DNA of 64,000 nt, from NCBI GenBank assembly GCA_001662655.1, contig KV460250.1. One strand, written 5' to 3'. Shown piece after piece: positions 12,215-24,683 of this stretch. Each line of letters starts with the position of its first letter. Within the stretch, counting starts at the first letter, position 1. Origin of the DNA: Pseudogymnoascus verrucosus (taxonomy: Eukaryota). The translations under genes were made by a program, and so were the position numbers. The notes beneath the pieces were generated by a model. The model made no database searches. It saw only the letters and a list, made by a program, of their open reading frames with translations, and had not been told where the DNA came from.

Positions 12215-14275
12215 ATGGCTGAAGCCTATAATGCAAGACGACGAGTCACAGTCGCATGCGATGTGTGCCGATCTCGGAGGACAAGGTGCGATAAACAAAA
12301 GCCAATGTGCTCATTTTGTGAGAGCCATGATATACAATGCACCTATCCGAGTGTGGCTCCTCCACCTCTTTCGAGGTAATGCCTGTCCCAATTCTCACAG
12401 AGTAAGCTTGCTAAAAATTGTTCGCCTTGTAGGCATGATGAAGGGATCGCTGGAATACAGGAGCGCTTAGATCATCTTTATGGCCTGGTATCCGTACGGC
12501 TTATTGGCCAAGAAGCTAGAATATTTGAAAGGCCTCCTGGATACCTTCCCGAATTGCCACCATTACGGGACTATCCACTCGACGAATCTATCATTAGCCG
12601 ACAATGGAGAAAGGAATTCCCGTTTATGACAATCCAGACCCCGTCGATGATGTGCTTGCTCGACCTCAATCCTAGGCTTGCGGCTCAGCTGGTAGCCAAG
12701 GAGAGAACTGATATTTCTGCGTTGTCTGCTCCAAATGAAGCGCTTGACCTCGAATTTCAATATGAGGATGCAATAAGGTTAGTGAGGACCGACGATAATT
12801 AAATGGGCTCCTACTTAAGTACTTAGGGTGTTCGGGGCTTTCTATGATAAGATGCATCATTGGTACCCTATTTTTTCGTCAGAAACCTTTGACTTTTATC
12901 TTGAGAAGCTTAGCAGCCCACTTAATCCATCGTCGGATGCTTGTCTTTTGCTGCTCGTGTGTGCCGTTGGCTCTATCGCACAATGCCCATCACTTACATC
13001 AGCCTACGACACACGACCTGACTCCCGATATATCAGCAGAGCCCTTTGCATGCTTCCTAATGTGCATTTTGAGTTTAGTTTGGCGAGCGTCCAGTGCCTC
13101 GTTCTTCTAAGTGTATACTATTGCTTTATAGCAAAACCATGCCAGGCTCATGATTACATTCTCATGGCGTCCTCGAAGGCCCAAGCCATACTCAAGTGGT
13201 ACGTATCAACGTCGCTATATTAATGGTCTAGCTCTAGCTAATTCGAGGATTAGTCGACTTTTTGAGGATGATGAAAGGCAGAGCGATATTCTTAGACGAT
13301 CATTTTGGTCGATACTCCTTATTGAAAGGTCCGATGTTCCGGATCGTTTTCAGTTTGTGATTAATGCTGATACTGTATTACTAGCGACCTTTCATACCAC
13401 ATTGATATGCCTGAAAGCAATATATGGAAATTTGACGATCGTATCCTCCTCCCAGGAGTACAGACCTCTTGGCAGCCATGTCGCGAGGACCAGCGGAAAT
13501 TACTATACAGCATGCGACCTACCCAAAGCTTTGGAATGCCCTCGGACACTCTTAAGGCCTACTTTCTAGCCCAAATTGCCATGTGCCGCATGATTCGCCG
13601 CTGCACCACCTCCGTAATAGTTTCCCAAGGCCAAGAGCGCTATTCTCCAGTCGTCGCCATGGAGCTCACATACCAACTTGATACCTGGCACAGTCACCTT
13701 CCTTCAAGTATACGTTTTGGGCACCATGATGTGACCGTACCACCTCCTGACAATTTTGTTCAGAATCTGAGCTCTTCCCCGACTTCGAGTGTCATGGCTA
13801 TGACTGGATTTCTCCAGATGCAATATTACCTATGTTTGGCAGGTATTTATTGGCCAGCAGTTCACAGTGTCATCAGCACCGAAAAATTAGAAGCAGCACC
13901 AATAGCTCACTGTGGACGGTTTTTCGAGTCTTACTTCGGTTTCGTCATAACCGCGGCATCACTGGTACCTAACTGTCCACATAACCCCTGGAGCATTTAT
14001 GCTAAGTAAGCTTGACACTTTTTAAATGGCTCCTAGATGTTATAAAAGGTGCCTAGTGCTAACGGATCTGTTCCGTATCTAGTCTTTTTATTACAACCAT
14101 GGCATGCTTCAAAGGAGCAAATGATCCATGCCTTCGATCAATGATTCGGCCGGGTGTAAGGCGCTGCTTTGCGATTGCCGCAGAGCTGTTTAAGATTGGA
14201 GATGCAGCTAAAATTAGCCCGGCAATAGGTAAGTTAGGATTAATATTAAGAGAGCGTGTTTTAGGGTCATATTAA
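12215..14275 (+). CDS. Zn(II)2Cys6 transcription factor with fungal middle-homology region (multi-exon)
   Basis: Exon 1 encodes ACDVCRSRRTRCDKQKPMCSFCESHDIQC. Later exons include HHWYPIF and RRSFWSILLIE. Canonical introns; stop TAA at 14273-14275. Confidence 0.88.
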
Positions 14276-14805
14276 ATAAATAAATGGGACTATGTATTGT
14301 CAAGGTTGTCAGGGCAGCGGTTTTAAATGTTGTCTACATTTAGAGTTTCTAGTAGCAAAATTTCTAAGAGCAAATTATGAAATAACAAAACCTCGACTTC
14401 GAAGTGAGATGAATATTCTTGTAGTTGGAATTGGACCTAATGGATCTAAGCTAATACTGGGGACTTTGTAAAGGCACCCCCTATATCAATATACTAACAC
14501 ACACTCCTCGAAAAAAGGACGGGGGTCATACGGAGAAGAATGAATAGTTGACTACACATAAGAAGCTATAAAATAAATGTGCAAGTATAGCATAGGTGCC
14601 TGTCAAGAGAAAAACGTAATCATGCAGCTACTGCCGCCGCATCTCAACGACTATCATGATAATCACAATCACAGTAAAATCCGCAGCACTTCTACCCCCC
14701 CAACCTTGTCAGAGAGAGACCGCCGGAGCTGATCTGTGAGGAAAATCACATTATAGATCACTACCTGGCCTTTTCCGCTATAAACCTCTAACGAATATTC
14801 GTCCA

Positions 14806-16624
14806 CTAAGGCCCGCAATCGATCGTAATAAATGTAGTTGAAGCGGTTGTTGTTTTCGTCAAGCTTGAGATTGAGCGTGAGGTCAAGGTTGAGACTAAGC
14901 TTGAGCTTGACAGTACGGGTACTAATCTATCGTAGGCAGAACCGATAGCTTGTGCTTTAACAGTAACCCCACTGGTGGGTCCTTCAGTCGAAAATAGTAA
15001 GACACCAGTACCACTGTCGTTCGGAAAAATTTGAGTTGACAAGGTGACTTCCCCTTCTCCTCCAAAGACCTCGACCGATGACCAGTCAACAAGGATTTGT
15101 ATTGTCACATTGCCATCGCTGGTTGGCGTCAACGGCGCATAGTATACATCTGCGAAGGTACTATCAAATCCAGTATTTCCAGATTTTGTCCTATCCACAA
15201 AAAGTTTACTTGTACCGAAGTCGTATCCAACACGTGTTTGCTGTGCTAAATCAGACGTAGCCCGTATAATGATACCAAATTGGGCCGCCGACAACGCGAG
15301 GGATGGGTCAGAGTTGGAAAAGGTCAATGTGATGTCGAGTGTTTTTCCGGAGAGTTTTAATCTCTGATTGCCTTCTGGAAAACTGTCCCAGGACTTCGAA
15401 TAGCTTCCCGACGTCTCTAGGGAAGCTAAGCCTTCAGCAGGTTGTTGCATTAAGGTTGCCTTCTTGTTGATTGTTTTAAGTGAGACCTTCCGCGGAACGG
15501 ACATAGCACTCCGCCAAGGACTTGTGGGGATCGATCCAGCGTATTGCCAGTTGCTCATCCACGCAATATTGTATCGATCTGTCATGGAAAGCCCATTGAT
15601 GGTAGCGGCAGCGTAAAAGTCTGGGCCCCAGTCCATCCAGTTGGTTTCATCCGCCATCGTCAAGTTGTCGTCTGGGCTACTTGTGTCGTCTGCAACAAAA
15701 TTTGTTCCGTCAAAATCTCCTACGAAGTATTGCGTGCCTGAGCCAACGACACCGGGGGGCCCGCCAGGATTGAGTCCAATTTGTAGAACCCATTTAATGA
15801 TTTCATTATCTCCGTCAAGAGGAAGAGGAAAGAAGCCGGGGCATTCCCAAACGCCCCCAACCGCATTCAATGGGCCAAACTCGCTGATGTAAGTCCAGTC
15901 CTTCAGATTTTCGGAGTTGTAAACAACTACTTTGTGGAGTTTAGCCAAAACCATAACCGCCACCCATTTCTGTGTGGATTCGTGCCAGAAAACGAATGGA
16001 TCGCGAAACTCTTCATGCTGATCCTCATATGGAGAGGGCGGTAGTGCAATGACAGGATTCCCAGCGTCATATGTGGTCCATGTCATGCCTTCATCGAGAC
16101 TGTAAGCAATTGATTGTGCTTGTGTGCCACCCTGGACCGTCTTTCCGCTTGGCAAAGTCTGGGTAATTGGATACTAAGAAAATCAAAAGTCAGCACTGTC
16201 CAACTAACAAATGTCGATTACTCACGTATGATGTATACATGGCAACAAAAGGTACATTTCCATTGGTACTGAAGCCGCTCATGTTCTGCGTATCGGCAAT
16301 CGCGGAGCCAGAGAAGAACATTTCAGTGATCTCACCTGGGTAACCACGAGCCAGAAGAGCAACTGGCTGATGCTCCCAGTGGATTAGATCACCACTGGTT
16401 GCATGCCCCCATGACATCGCTCCCCAGGTGATCCCTCCTGGGTTATACTGATAATACAAATGGTAGGTGCCATTGAAATAAACCAGCCCATTTGGATCGT
16501 TCATCCAATTTTTCGCGGGCGTAAAGTGATACTGAGGACGATAGAGCTCTGTATAATTATTCGCGGAAGCAACCTGTAGCACCAAAAGCCCAAGGGCTAT
16601 GGTTCGGCAAACCAAAGATCGCAT
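14806..16624 (-). CDS. Secreted GH32 beta-fructofuranosidase / exo-inulinase (intron 16174-16225)
   Basis: Signal peptide; catalytic motifs WMNDPNG, FRDP, WECP; C-terminal SSVEVFGG; Ser/Thr-rich tail. Confidence 0.95.
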
Positions 16625-16781
16625 GGTAGATCGATATCAACAGAGACGTGACAAAGAGGGCAGAGTCGTATTAGAATGAACTCGTGCGTACTCTGACCAG
16701 AGACATTGAAGTGCATGTTGCCAGTCTTATAGCCAGTCTTTATAGCTAGTTGTTTGTCTAGCTTTCCTTGGTTAACATGTC

Positions 16782-17085
16782 CCGAGATATCCCCCCGAGA
16801 ATTTTCCCCGAGGTTTACATTACACTGAGATTGTCCTAGATGTCAACTTCAGATAGAATAGCGGGGAAGCTGGGCACATGATGAACCGATGTTGTAAGTG
16901 CCCTGCCGCTCATACAGTAGTAAACATGGGGAAATACAGAGTTCAAGCAGATTATTGATTTAGCTCAAGTGAGTAAATCTGGGGTATCCATTCCCGTTGT
17001 CTAGTCTTTAGTTAGTCTTCCATACCAAACCCCAGAGATCACGTTGTCAGCGTGCTTTCGGCTCAAATTCTCGGCATTAGCGCGG
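16782..17085. promoter_or_regulatory. Candidate Zn2Cys6 binding sites in the divergent GH32 / hexose transporter promoter
   Basis: CCG-N10-CCG-N10-CCG at 16782-16810, CGG-N10-CGG at 17059-17074 and CGG-N8-CGG at 17072-17085. Several SYGGRG (CreA-type) sites nearby. Confidence 0.5.
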
Positions 17086-17779
17086 CACCTAGAAAAACCG
17101 TTTATTAAATTGGAATACGGCACCGCACATTATGCAGCCAAGCTATGAAAGGGTGCATTAGCTGGGAGCTAGCGGAGATCGGACAACATCAGCGACAAGC
17201 GAATCCCACTCCCGCACCAATCCTAGCCCCGCTTTCTAACGGCGAGGAGATGCTAAACTTTGCTTAGCTTTCTCCATCGCGGGCTTCGGTGGTAACAGCG
17301 ATTACCGAGGACGATCCAGGCCCTCCGGACATCCTGTCACGAAGCATCGATCCCTAACTCTGTTCAAGACGGCGATCACTGTCGTACACAGATTTAGTAA
17401 TTGCCTCATAATCACAGCCCGTTCTCCACAACTACTCCGCATATACCCCATGGAGAAACGTTATCTCCGCAAACCAATAATCCTGTGGAGATGCGACAAC
17501 AGTCAGGATATTCCCCCTCACGCCAAGGAAACATTCGATGGAAAGCCCGCTCTCCTTGTCTGATTTGGGGTCACCATAGTCTCTACTAATTGCTCACCTG
17601 TTGTGTTAGATATGTTTCTCAACTTGGATATGTAGAGTCAAAGCGTATCTGACTTGCATATAAAGATGTTGTTGTTCGCACTTTGATGTTCTTTCAAAAT
17701 TGTCAATCAACCATTGTTGAATCATACATTAGTAATAAGTCTCGAGAACAGATTTTCTACCAATTGAGCTTACTTCAAT

Positions 17780-19547
17780 ATGGGTCTCTTGTTAAAAAAG
17801 CCTGAAGGCACTCCTGGAAAGTCATGGCCAGCCATTTCGATTGGCTTATTCGTTGCCTTTGGGGGAGTTTTGTTTGGGTAAGTTATGGAGTTTTAGATGA
17901 TTGTCCATGCTGGTTCTATAACAGTGACCGGAGCTAACTCAACCAAAGATATGACACTGGTACAATCGGCGGCATTCTTGCTATGCCCTTCTGGCAAGAT
18001 ACATTTTCGACGGGATTTGTGAATAGTAGCGGCCATCGAGATGTAACCGCATCTCAGTCAGCCACTATTGTCTCGATTCTCTCTGCAGGCACTTTCTTTG
18101 GCGCGCTTGGAGCAGCCCCTGTTGCAGACACTATTGGTCGCCGCTGGGGCTTGATTGCCTCAAATGTCGTTTTCTGCGTTGGCGTCATTTTGCAAACTGC
18201 TGCTGTCGACATACCTCTATTCCTTGCTGGTCGCTTTTTTGCAGGATTTGGAGTAGGATTGATTTCAGCAATGAGTAAGTCAAAGACAAGGTACTTTGAT
18301 TAGTTTGCTTTACTAACACAGCCTATAGTTCCGCTTTACCAGTCTGAAATATCCCCAAAGTGGATTCGTGGTGTAATCGTTGGATCATACCAGTTTGCCA
18401 TCACTGTCGGGCTTCTACTGGCTTCTATTATCAACAATGCAACACACAATCGACAAGATACTGGGAGTTACCGCATCCCTATTGCAGTACAATTTGCCTG
18501 GTCAATGATACTTGTTAGTGGCATGTTAGTTCTCCCAGAAACACCACGATACCTCATCAAAAGGGACAACATGCCAGCTGCGGCGAAAGCTCTCGCAAAA
18601 ATTAGGCGCCTTAACGCAGACGACACGGCTATTCTAGACGAGCTTGCTGAGATTCAAGCCAATCATGAATACGAGCAGAGTTTAGGGAAGGCAACCTACG
18701 CAGATTGCTTTAAAGGGAACCTCCTAAAACGTCTCCTTACTGGCTGCCTTCTCCAAAGTCTACAGCAACTTACTGGCATCAACTTTATATTTTATTACGG
18801 AACTCAATTTTTCAAAAACTCTGGGTTTACAAACTCATTCATCATTAGCTTGATCACAAATTGTGTCAATGTAGTTTCAACATTGCCAGGCTTGTACGCC
18901 ATCGACAAATGGGGGCGCAGACCTGTTCTTCTTTGGGGGGCGGTTGGGATGTGCATATCTCAATTCATCGTCGCAATCCTAGGAACAACCACTACTAGCC
19001 AAGACTCTCTTGGAAACGTTATTGTACACAACCTCCCAGCTCAGAAGGGAGCAATTGCATTCATATGTTTCTATATTTTCTTCTTTGCGGCTTCTTGGGG
19101 TCCTGTTGCATGGTATGGAACAAACTCCATTCCCCCTTAGCCATTTTTTGATCGCTGGCTAACAAAATCCTGGCGAGCAGGGTCGTTACTGGAGAGATCT
19201 TTCCTCTCAAAGTTCGTGCTAAATCTCTTTCGATGACGACTGCTTCAAACTGGATGCTGAATTGGGCTATCGCCTACAGTACCCCATATCTCGTGAACTA
19301 CGGCCCAGGTAACGCAAATCTACAATCCAAAATCTTCTTCGTGTGGGGCGGCTGCTGTTTCGTTTGCATTGCATTCGTGTACTTCATGATTTACGAGACA
19401 AAGGGACTTACCTTGGAGCAAGTGGATGAGTTGTATGCCGAAGTTACTGATGCACGGAAGAGTGTTGGATGGACTCCATCTGTAACATTCAGAGAGACTG
19501 TGGATGGGGCTAATGAAAAGAAAAATGGTACTGTGCAGGTTGAGTAA
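17780..19547 (+). CDS. MFS sugar porter, high-affinity hexose transporter type (3 introns)
   Basis: Motifs FGGVLFGYDTG, DTIGRR, PETPR, QQLTGINFIFYYG, ETKGLTLE. Confidence 0.95.
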
Positions 19548-20611
19548 CAAGAAATAGCGGCGTAGAATCTTGCTGGTATGGCTAATATTTAACTGCTGTC
19601 CAACAGATCCGACACACGAATGTGGCGAGACAATAGTATCTTTAAGTTATTTAGATGTGCTGTTAAATAATATCACTGTCTATTTGGTCTCTTGTCTATA
19701 GCCTCAATACCAATGTTCTTATCTAATGTGTGAGTTGTATAACCGTAAGATCTTTGCGTTTCTGCAATTGAATGTTGTAGGTATGAATGTGAAATGAAGG
19801 CAGGTGAGAAGGTTTACGTCAACTATTGCAAAGTAATATCGCGGGTTTAAATAAATGTGCAACTAATGATACAGCGGTGAAACAGAGCCATAGGGATACG
19901 TATATTATTTTAGCCTTTTAGTTATGATCGAAGGTAAGTGACATTTCGATATCACAGAAACGAGTTTACAGAAACGAGTTGCATACGGGCAGAAACTCCA
20001 CAATTGTAGCATTAGTCTCGAAACTCAGTCAAGAAATATGGGCGAGGTAAATAGTGGGTTGGGGGCAGTATCTTCCATGTCACTTGCTTAGTAAAACTGC
20101 AACCAAGACCTTGGTTGCGTGTAAGCTGTGTAAGTTGCATAGGTCCTAAATAAGTTATTACATTTCTGTTCTATGTAGGTCTGTTCCTCTCCCAAGATAA
20201 TGACATGGATTTGAGGCCTTTTCTCTTGCTCGGAAACGACAGGGTTTGACTTGAGAATAGTAGAGCCGAGAAATATCACCGAGTTTAGTATTCTTAGTAT
20301 TTTTCGCCTATTTGAGTACTTTCGGCCTAATTATGGAGGCTCTAGGGACGGGAAGAGATTCTGGGGAATGGCCCACAGTAAACACGAACAAGTGCCCGGA
20401 CTATTTTTCAAACCCCCTCTAGTCGCATTTTGTCTCTGCACGACTTCAAAATCGTAAAAAACATCGAGCCACGTCCATCATGCCGCGTGGGCGAGTGATG
20501 CGTAGACCAAGCGCATATATATATTAGCCCACAGCTCTAATTTTGACAATTACCTTTTCGAATTTATACCCGAAGAAGCACACGTAGAGTCGTTCATTTT
20601 GAATTCCTAGT

Positions 20612-22499
20612 ATGGTTTCTAATGATTCGACCCCCGCGTCCAATGCTCTCCCACGAACTCATGGAGCCCACTCCAAAGTATCCATGGTCAACGGTGATCT
20701 CTCACATCTTATCAATGACGCAAACCACGCCACCCATGCTGAGAAGTCCATGACAACTTATCAGGCGTTCAAAACATACCCTAAGGCCATCATGTTCAGT
20801 ATTATTCTCTCCACGGCCATTGTGATGGAAAGTTATGACGGTTCGTCTCGGTTTTCCTATTTCATGCATATCGGGGCGGTTAGCATCCTGACCCAACCTC
20901 TCCTGTATTACTATTATCTGTTTGTTCATAACATAGTGCTGACTCTCGAAATTTAAAAAGTCCTGCTTCTAGCAAACCTATACGCATCGCCAGGCTTTGC
21001 AAAACATTACGGCTCTCTAACAGATGATCCTAAGCACCCGTATCAGATCCCAGCCCCCTGGCAAGCTGGATTGTCTAATGGCGCAGCCGCCGGGCAAATA
21101 CTAGGTCTTCTTATTAATGGAGTTGTGAGCGAGCGATTCGGCTACCGTAAGACAATGATTGTTTCACTAGCGGCCATGACAGCTTTTATCTTCATCCCTT
21201 TTTTCGCCGAGAATCTCATTGTTCTCGCAGTAGGAGAAATTCTTTGTGGGATTCCTTGGGGTGTATTTCAAACTCTCACCACAGCCTATGCCTCTGAGGT
21301 ATGCCCGACACAGCTTCGAGCCTATCTCACAACCTATAACAACCTCTGTTGGGTCTTTGGGCAACTAATTGGGTCTGGAGTCCTGCGTGCTCATGCGTTA
21401 GGGACAGATAAATGGAGCTATAAAATTCCTTTTGGTAATGTGCTCACCGCTTCTAGTGATGGACCTCTATGCTAACGAATCATAGCCATCCAGTGGATCT
21501 GGCCAGTTCCCATCTTAATCGGTGTTCTTTTCGCTCCAGAGTCACCATGGTGGCTCGTTCGTCGCGGCAGGATTGAAAATGCCAGGCAAGCTTTGCGGAA
21601 GCTGACCTCGTTCAAAGATGGGAACGGTTCGGTCGATGTCAATATTGATCAAACTTTAGCGATGATGGTCATCACTAATGAAACGGAGAAGGCTCTGGAA
21701 TCTGGCGTCAGCTATCTGGACTGTTTTAAAGGAAGCGATTTACGGCGAACAGAGATTGTATGCGCAACTTGGTCCATCCAGAGTCTCTGTGGAAGTACAT
21801 TTATGGGATACTCAACGTACTTCTACATTCAAGCTGGCCTTCCCACAGTTAATGCCTTTGATATGTCTATGGCACAGGTAAAACCTTGAACCTACCCCTG
21901 ACAATTTACACTCTAACAACCTGCAGTACGCCCTGGGAGCCATTGGTACAGTTGGTTCCTGGTTTCTCATGTCTTATGCAGGGCGTCGTACAATCTACAT
22001 CTATGGTCTCTCAATTTTAACTGTCCTGCTTCTCCTCATTGGGCTCGCCTCCTTCTCGAACAGCACAGCGACACCTTGGGCCATTGGCTCTCTCCTCCTA
22101 GCCTACACCTTTATCTACGATACCACGGTTGGGCCCATTTGTTATTCCCTTGTCTCCGAAATGCCATCTACTCGCCTCAAGACAAAGTCCATAGTCTTAG
22201 CCCGCTGTGCCTACAATATCTTTGGTATTGTCAATGGCGTAATTACGCCCTATATGCTTAACCCAACCGCTTGGAACTGGAAAGGGAAGAGTGGATTCTT
22301 TTGGGCTGGACTCTGCTTCTTCTGTTCCGTTTGGTCTTATTTCAGGTTACCAGAGCCGAAGGGACGCACCTATGGTGAGCTGGACGATTTATTTGCGAGG
22401 GGTATTAGCGCGAGGAAATTCAAGGGGGCTGTCGTTACTCTATGGCAGAGCGACGTAGAGGAAAAGGGCGTAGTGGTGCCTGTCGGGGCTAACGTTTGA
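20612..22499 (+). CDS. MFS alpha-glucoside (maltose/sucrose) permease, MAL11-like (3 introns)
   Basis: Motifs IVMESYD, SERFGYRKT, GIPWGVFQTLTTAYASEVCP, PESPWW, LPEPKGRTYGELD. Confidence 0.93.
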
Positions 22500-23198
22500 T
22501 ATAATTCCAAAGCAAACAAAACAGATATCTACCCATGACTCCTGTGCACTCTGCCGATGCTCTAGTTTCAACGATAAATTTCCCGTCACAGAATACAGAG
22601 TCTATTGACGTCCCAATGATTAGGCAACATTTCTAAATGTGCAATCAATAACCCTTTCCGCCTGTTTCCCATGCTGCCCTAACTTCCGTAAGGTGATAAC
22701 GGCTATGAGATGTGCATTCACCGACCACAAAGGGGTCGCTTTCGTAGCTTGTTACTCTACCACTTATTGCTCCTTGGCATCCAAACTCCGCGAAAGTCAA
22801 TTTTAAAGCCATAGTTTCTCCGCACTTTCCTGGGGGCATCCGTTGCTACCACCCTCCAAATTAAGATCTGGCAATACAGGGCTGTTCATACGAAGGTCCC
22901 TGCTTTATATCACCAAAGTTTGTACAATGAGAAAACGTGGAGACGTTTGCCGTTAACGCGCAGGTTTGAGACATTCGTTATATGGACGATGCGATCTCCG
23001 CGCACCAGAACACATCCCCGTAGGAGAATACCTCTATGTCTCACTTTCGGGTGTGTCGTGTGTGTCATACTAAAGCCCCTTGCTTCCATGCTAATCCCTA
23101 ACATTTCTCTATGAGATATGTTTTGGTTTGGGGACGCGAAATGTTATTCAAGATTGTAGCCAGAACTGTATTTATTCTTCGATAGACTGAGAACTACT

Positions 23199-23317
23199 AC
23201 ATACGACCATAGACTCAAGAGAATTGGGCATCCCGTCCGCTCTGCCATACACAAGCTTGAGATCGGTGGATTAGTAGTTGGGTGGGTGACCACCAGCGAA
23301 TACCCACTGTTGTATGT
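23199..23317 (+). rRNA. 5S rRNA (dispersed copy)
   Basis: ACATACGACCATAG...GGGCATCCCGTCCGCTCTGCC...TAGTAGTTGGGTGGGTGACCACCAGCGAATACCCACTGTTGTATGT; terminal helix pairs; followed by T-run Pol III terminators. Confidence 0.96.
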
Positions 23318-23487
23318 TTTTGCCATTTTTTGCCATTTTTTGCTCTTTTGGGCTGGATATGAGGCTGTGGAGAAAGCGTCGGTTTGGCCGCCTAGCCATA
23401 CTGACCGAGAGTCTAAGTAACTAGCATATCGATCGAAAAGGTAGCCGGGCCAAGCCTGAGCTCTCACCGAGACAATATCTATTTTCG

Positions 23488-24099
23488 ACGTACACGGATC
23501 GCTACAGCGCTGGAAATTATAGCAAGCTGGTAAGTTATCTCTTTAAATATGCTCTGAATAACTCTCTTGGAAGATATTACGATTCTGATCATATTCAAAA
23601 TAGCCTGCTATCGTCGGATCAAACGCTAATGAGCAATCCTCCTTGATAAATTGGCCTGGCCCAGCCGGCCCAAATATGACTCCGGTTCGCGAACAGACAG
23701 TATTAGGAAAGCTTTGTCCTGTATATTATAATTCCTAGGCTACGCTACAAATCGAGCTCCACCACTTTCTACTTCTACAACACGGCTAACTTCACCAACA
23801 TTTCCCCTCAACCCTGGGATGGTGCGTATCACACGTCAGAGCTACCATTGCTCTTTGGTACATACGCCGCGTACGGTGGTGCTTCGACGGCATTCGAGAC
23901 CGTGGTAGCCTTTCACTGGCAGGACCTGTACTTGGCTTTTATTCGGGATCCAGTAAATGGGTTGCCGGCAATGGGTTGGCCTGCGTATAAGCCGGATGGA
24001 TCTCCTATGGTATTTGCTGCCAACGGAATTGTGTCACAGCTGGCTCCTATGCTTGAGTTCTCAAATGAGTCTGTCGAGGTCTCGGAAACGTATGCATAA
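23488..24099 (+). pseudogene. C-terminal fragment of a type-B carboxylesterase
   Basis: Pieces YTDRYSAGNYSKL, PAIVGSNANE, GAYHTSELPLLFGT and FIRDP...GWPAY, with introns. No N-terminal half upstream. Confidence 0.7.
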
Positions 24100-24683
24100 T
24101 AAGCATGATCGGAAGCACGATATAATTACAATTTTGTTCATTATTGGACTCATTTCTAACTTTGCATTTCAATGGGGCTAGGAATCATGATGCTGTATAA
24201 TGAGTAGAGGAAGTCTACACAAATCTCGGCTAAACAGATGATGAAGGGACATCAAGCTACTAAGAGCAACTGTGCTTCATTTGAGAAGGCCTATATTTAA
24301 GTACTTTCTATCTACATGTTCCCGTGCCACCTCCGCTGCCACGAGGCCATCCCATATGCCTTCCCTACGAGGCTCTGCCAAGATTAGTGTAATAGCTTAT
24401 GTACGAAATGCTATATTTCTGTAATTGATAGCAACGTAGAATAAAGGGGGGACAGCTCCCATATTTAGAGAGAAGCGGGGTGTGGAATGGGGAAGTTCCC
24501 CATGGGCTGGCACCCACTTGGGCCGGCAACCCCCACATTCCCCGCCCATGATAAACTCGGGGGCCCCCTCTCTTTTTTATAAGGCTACTTACTAACAACC
24601 TTAGTTTGAGATACACCTCGCAACCCTACTACATCTTCGTGAACTACTTAACCTTGAAACCCAGGTTAACTTCGAAAGTAGCC

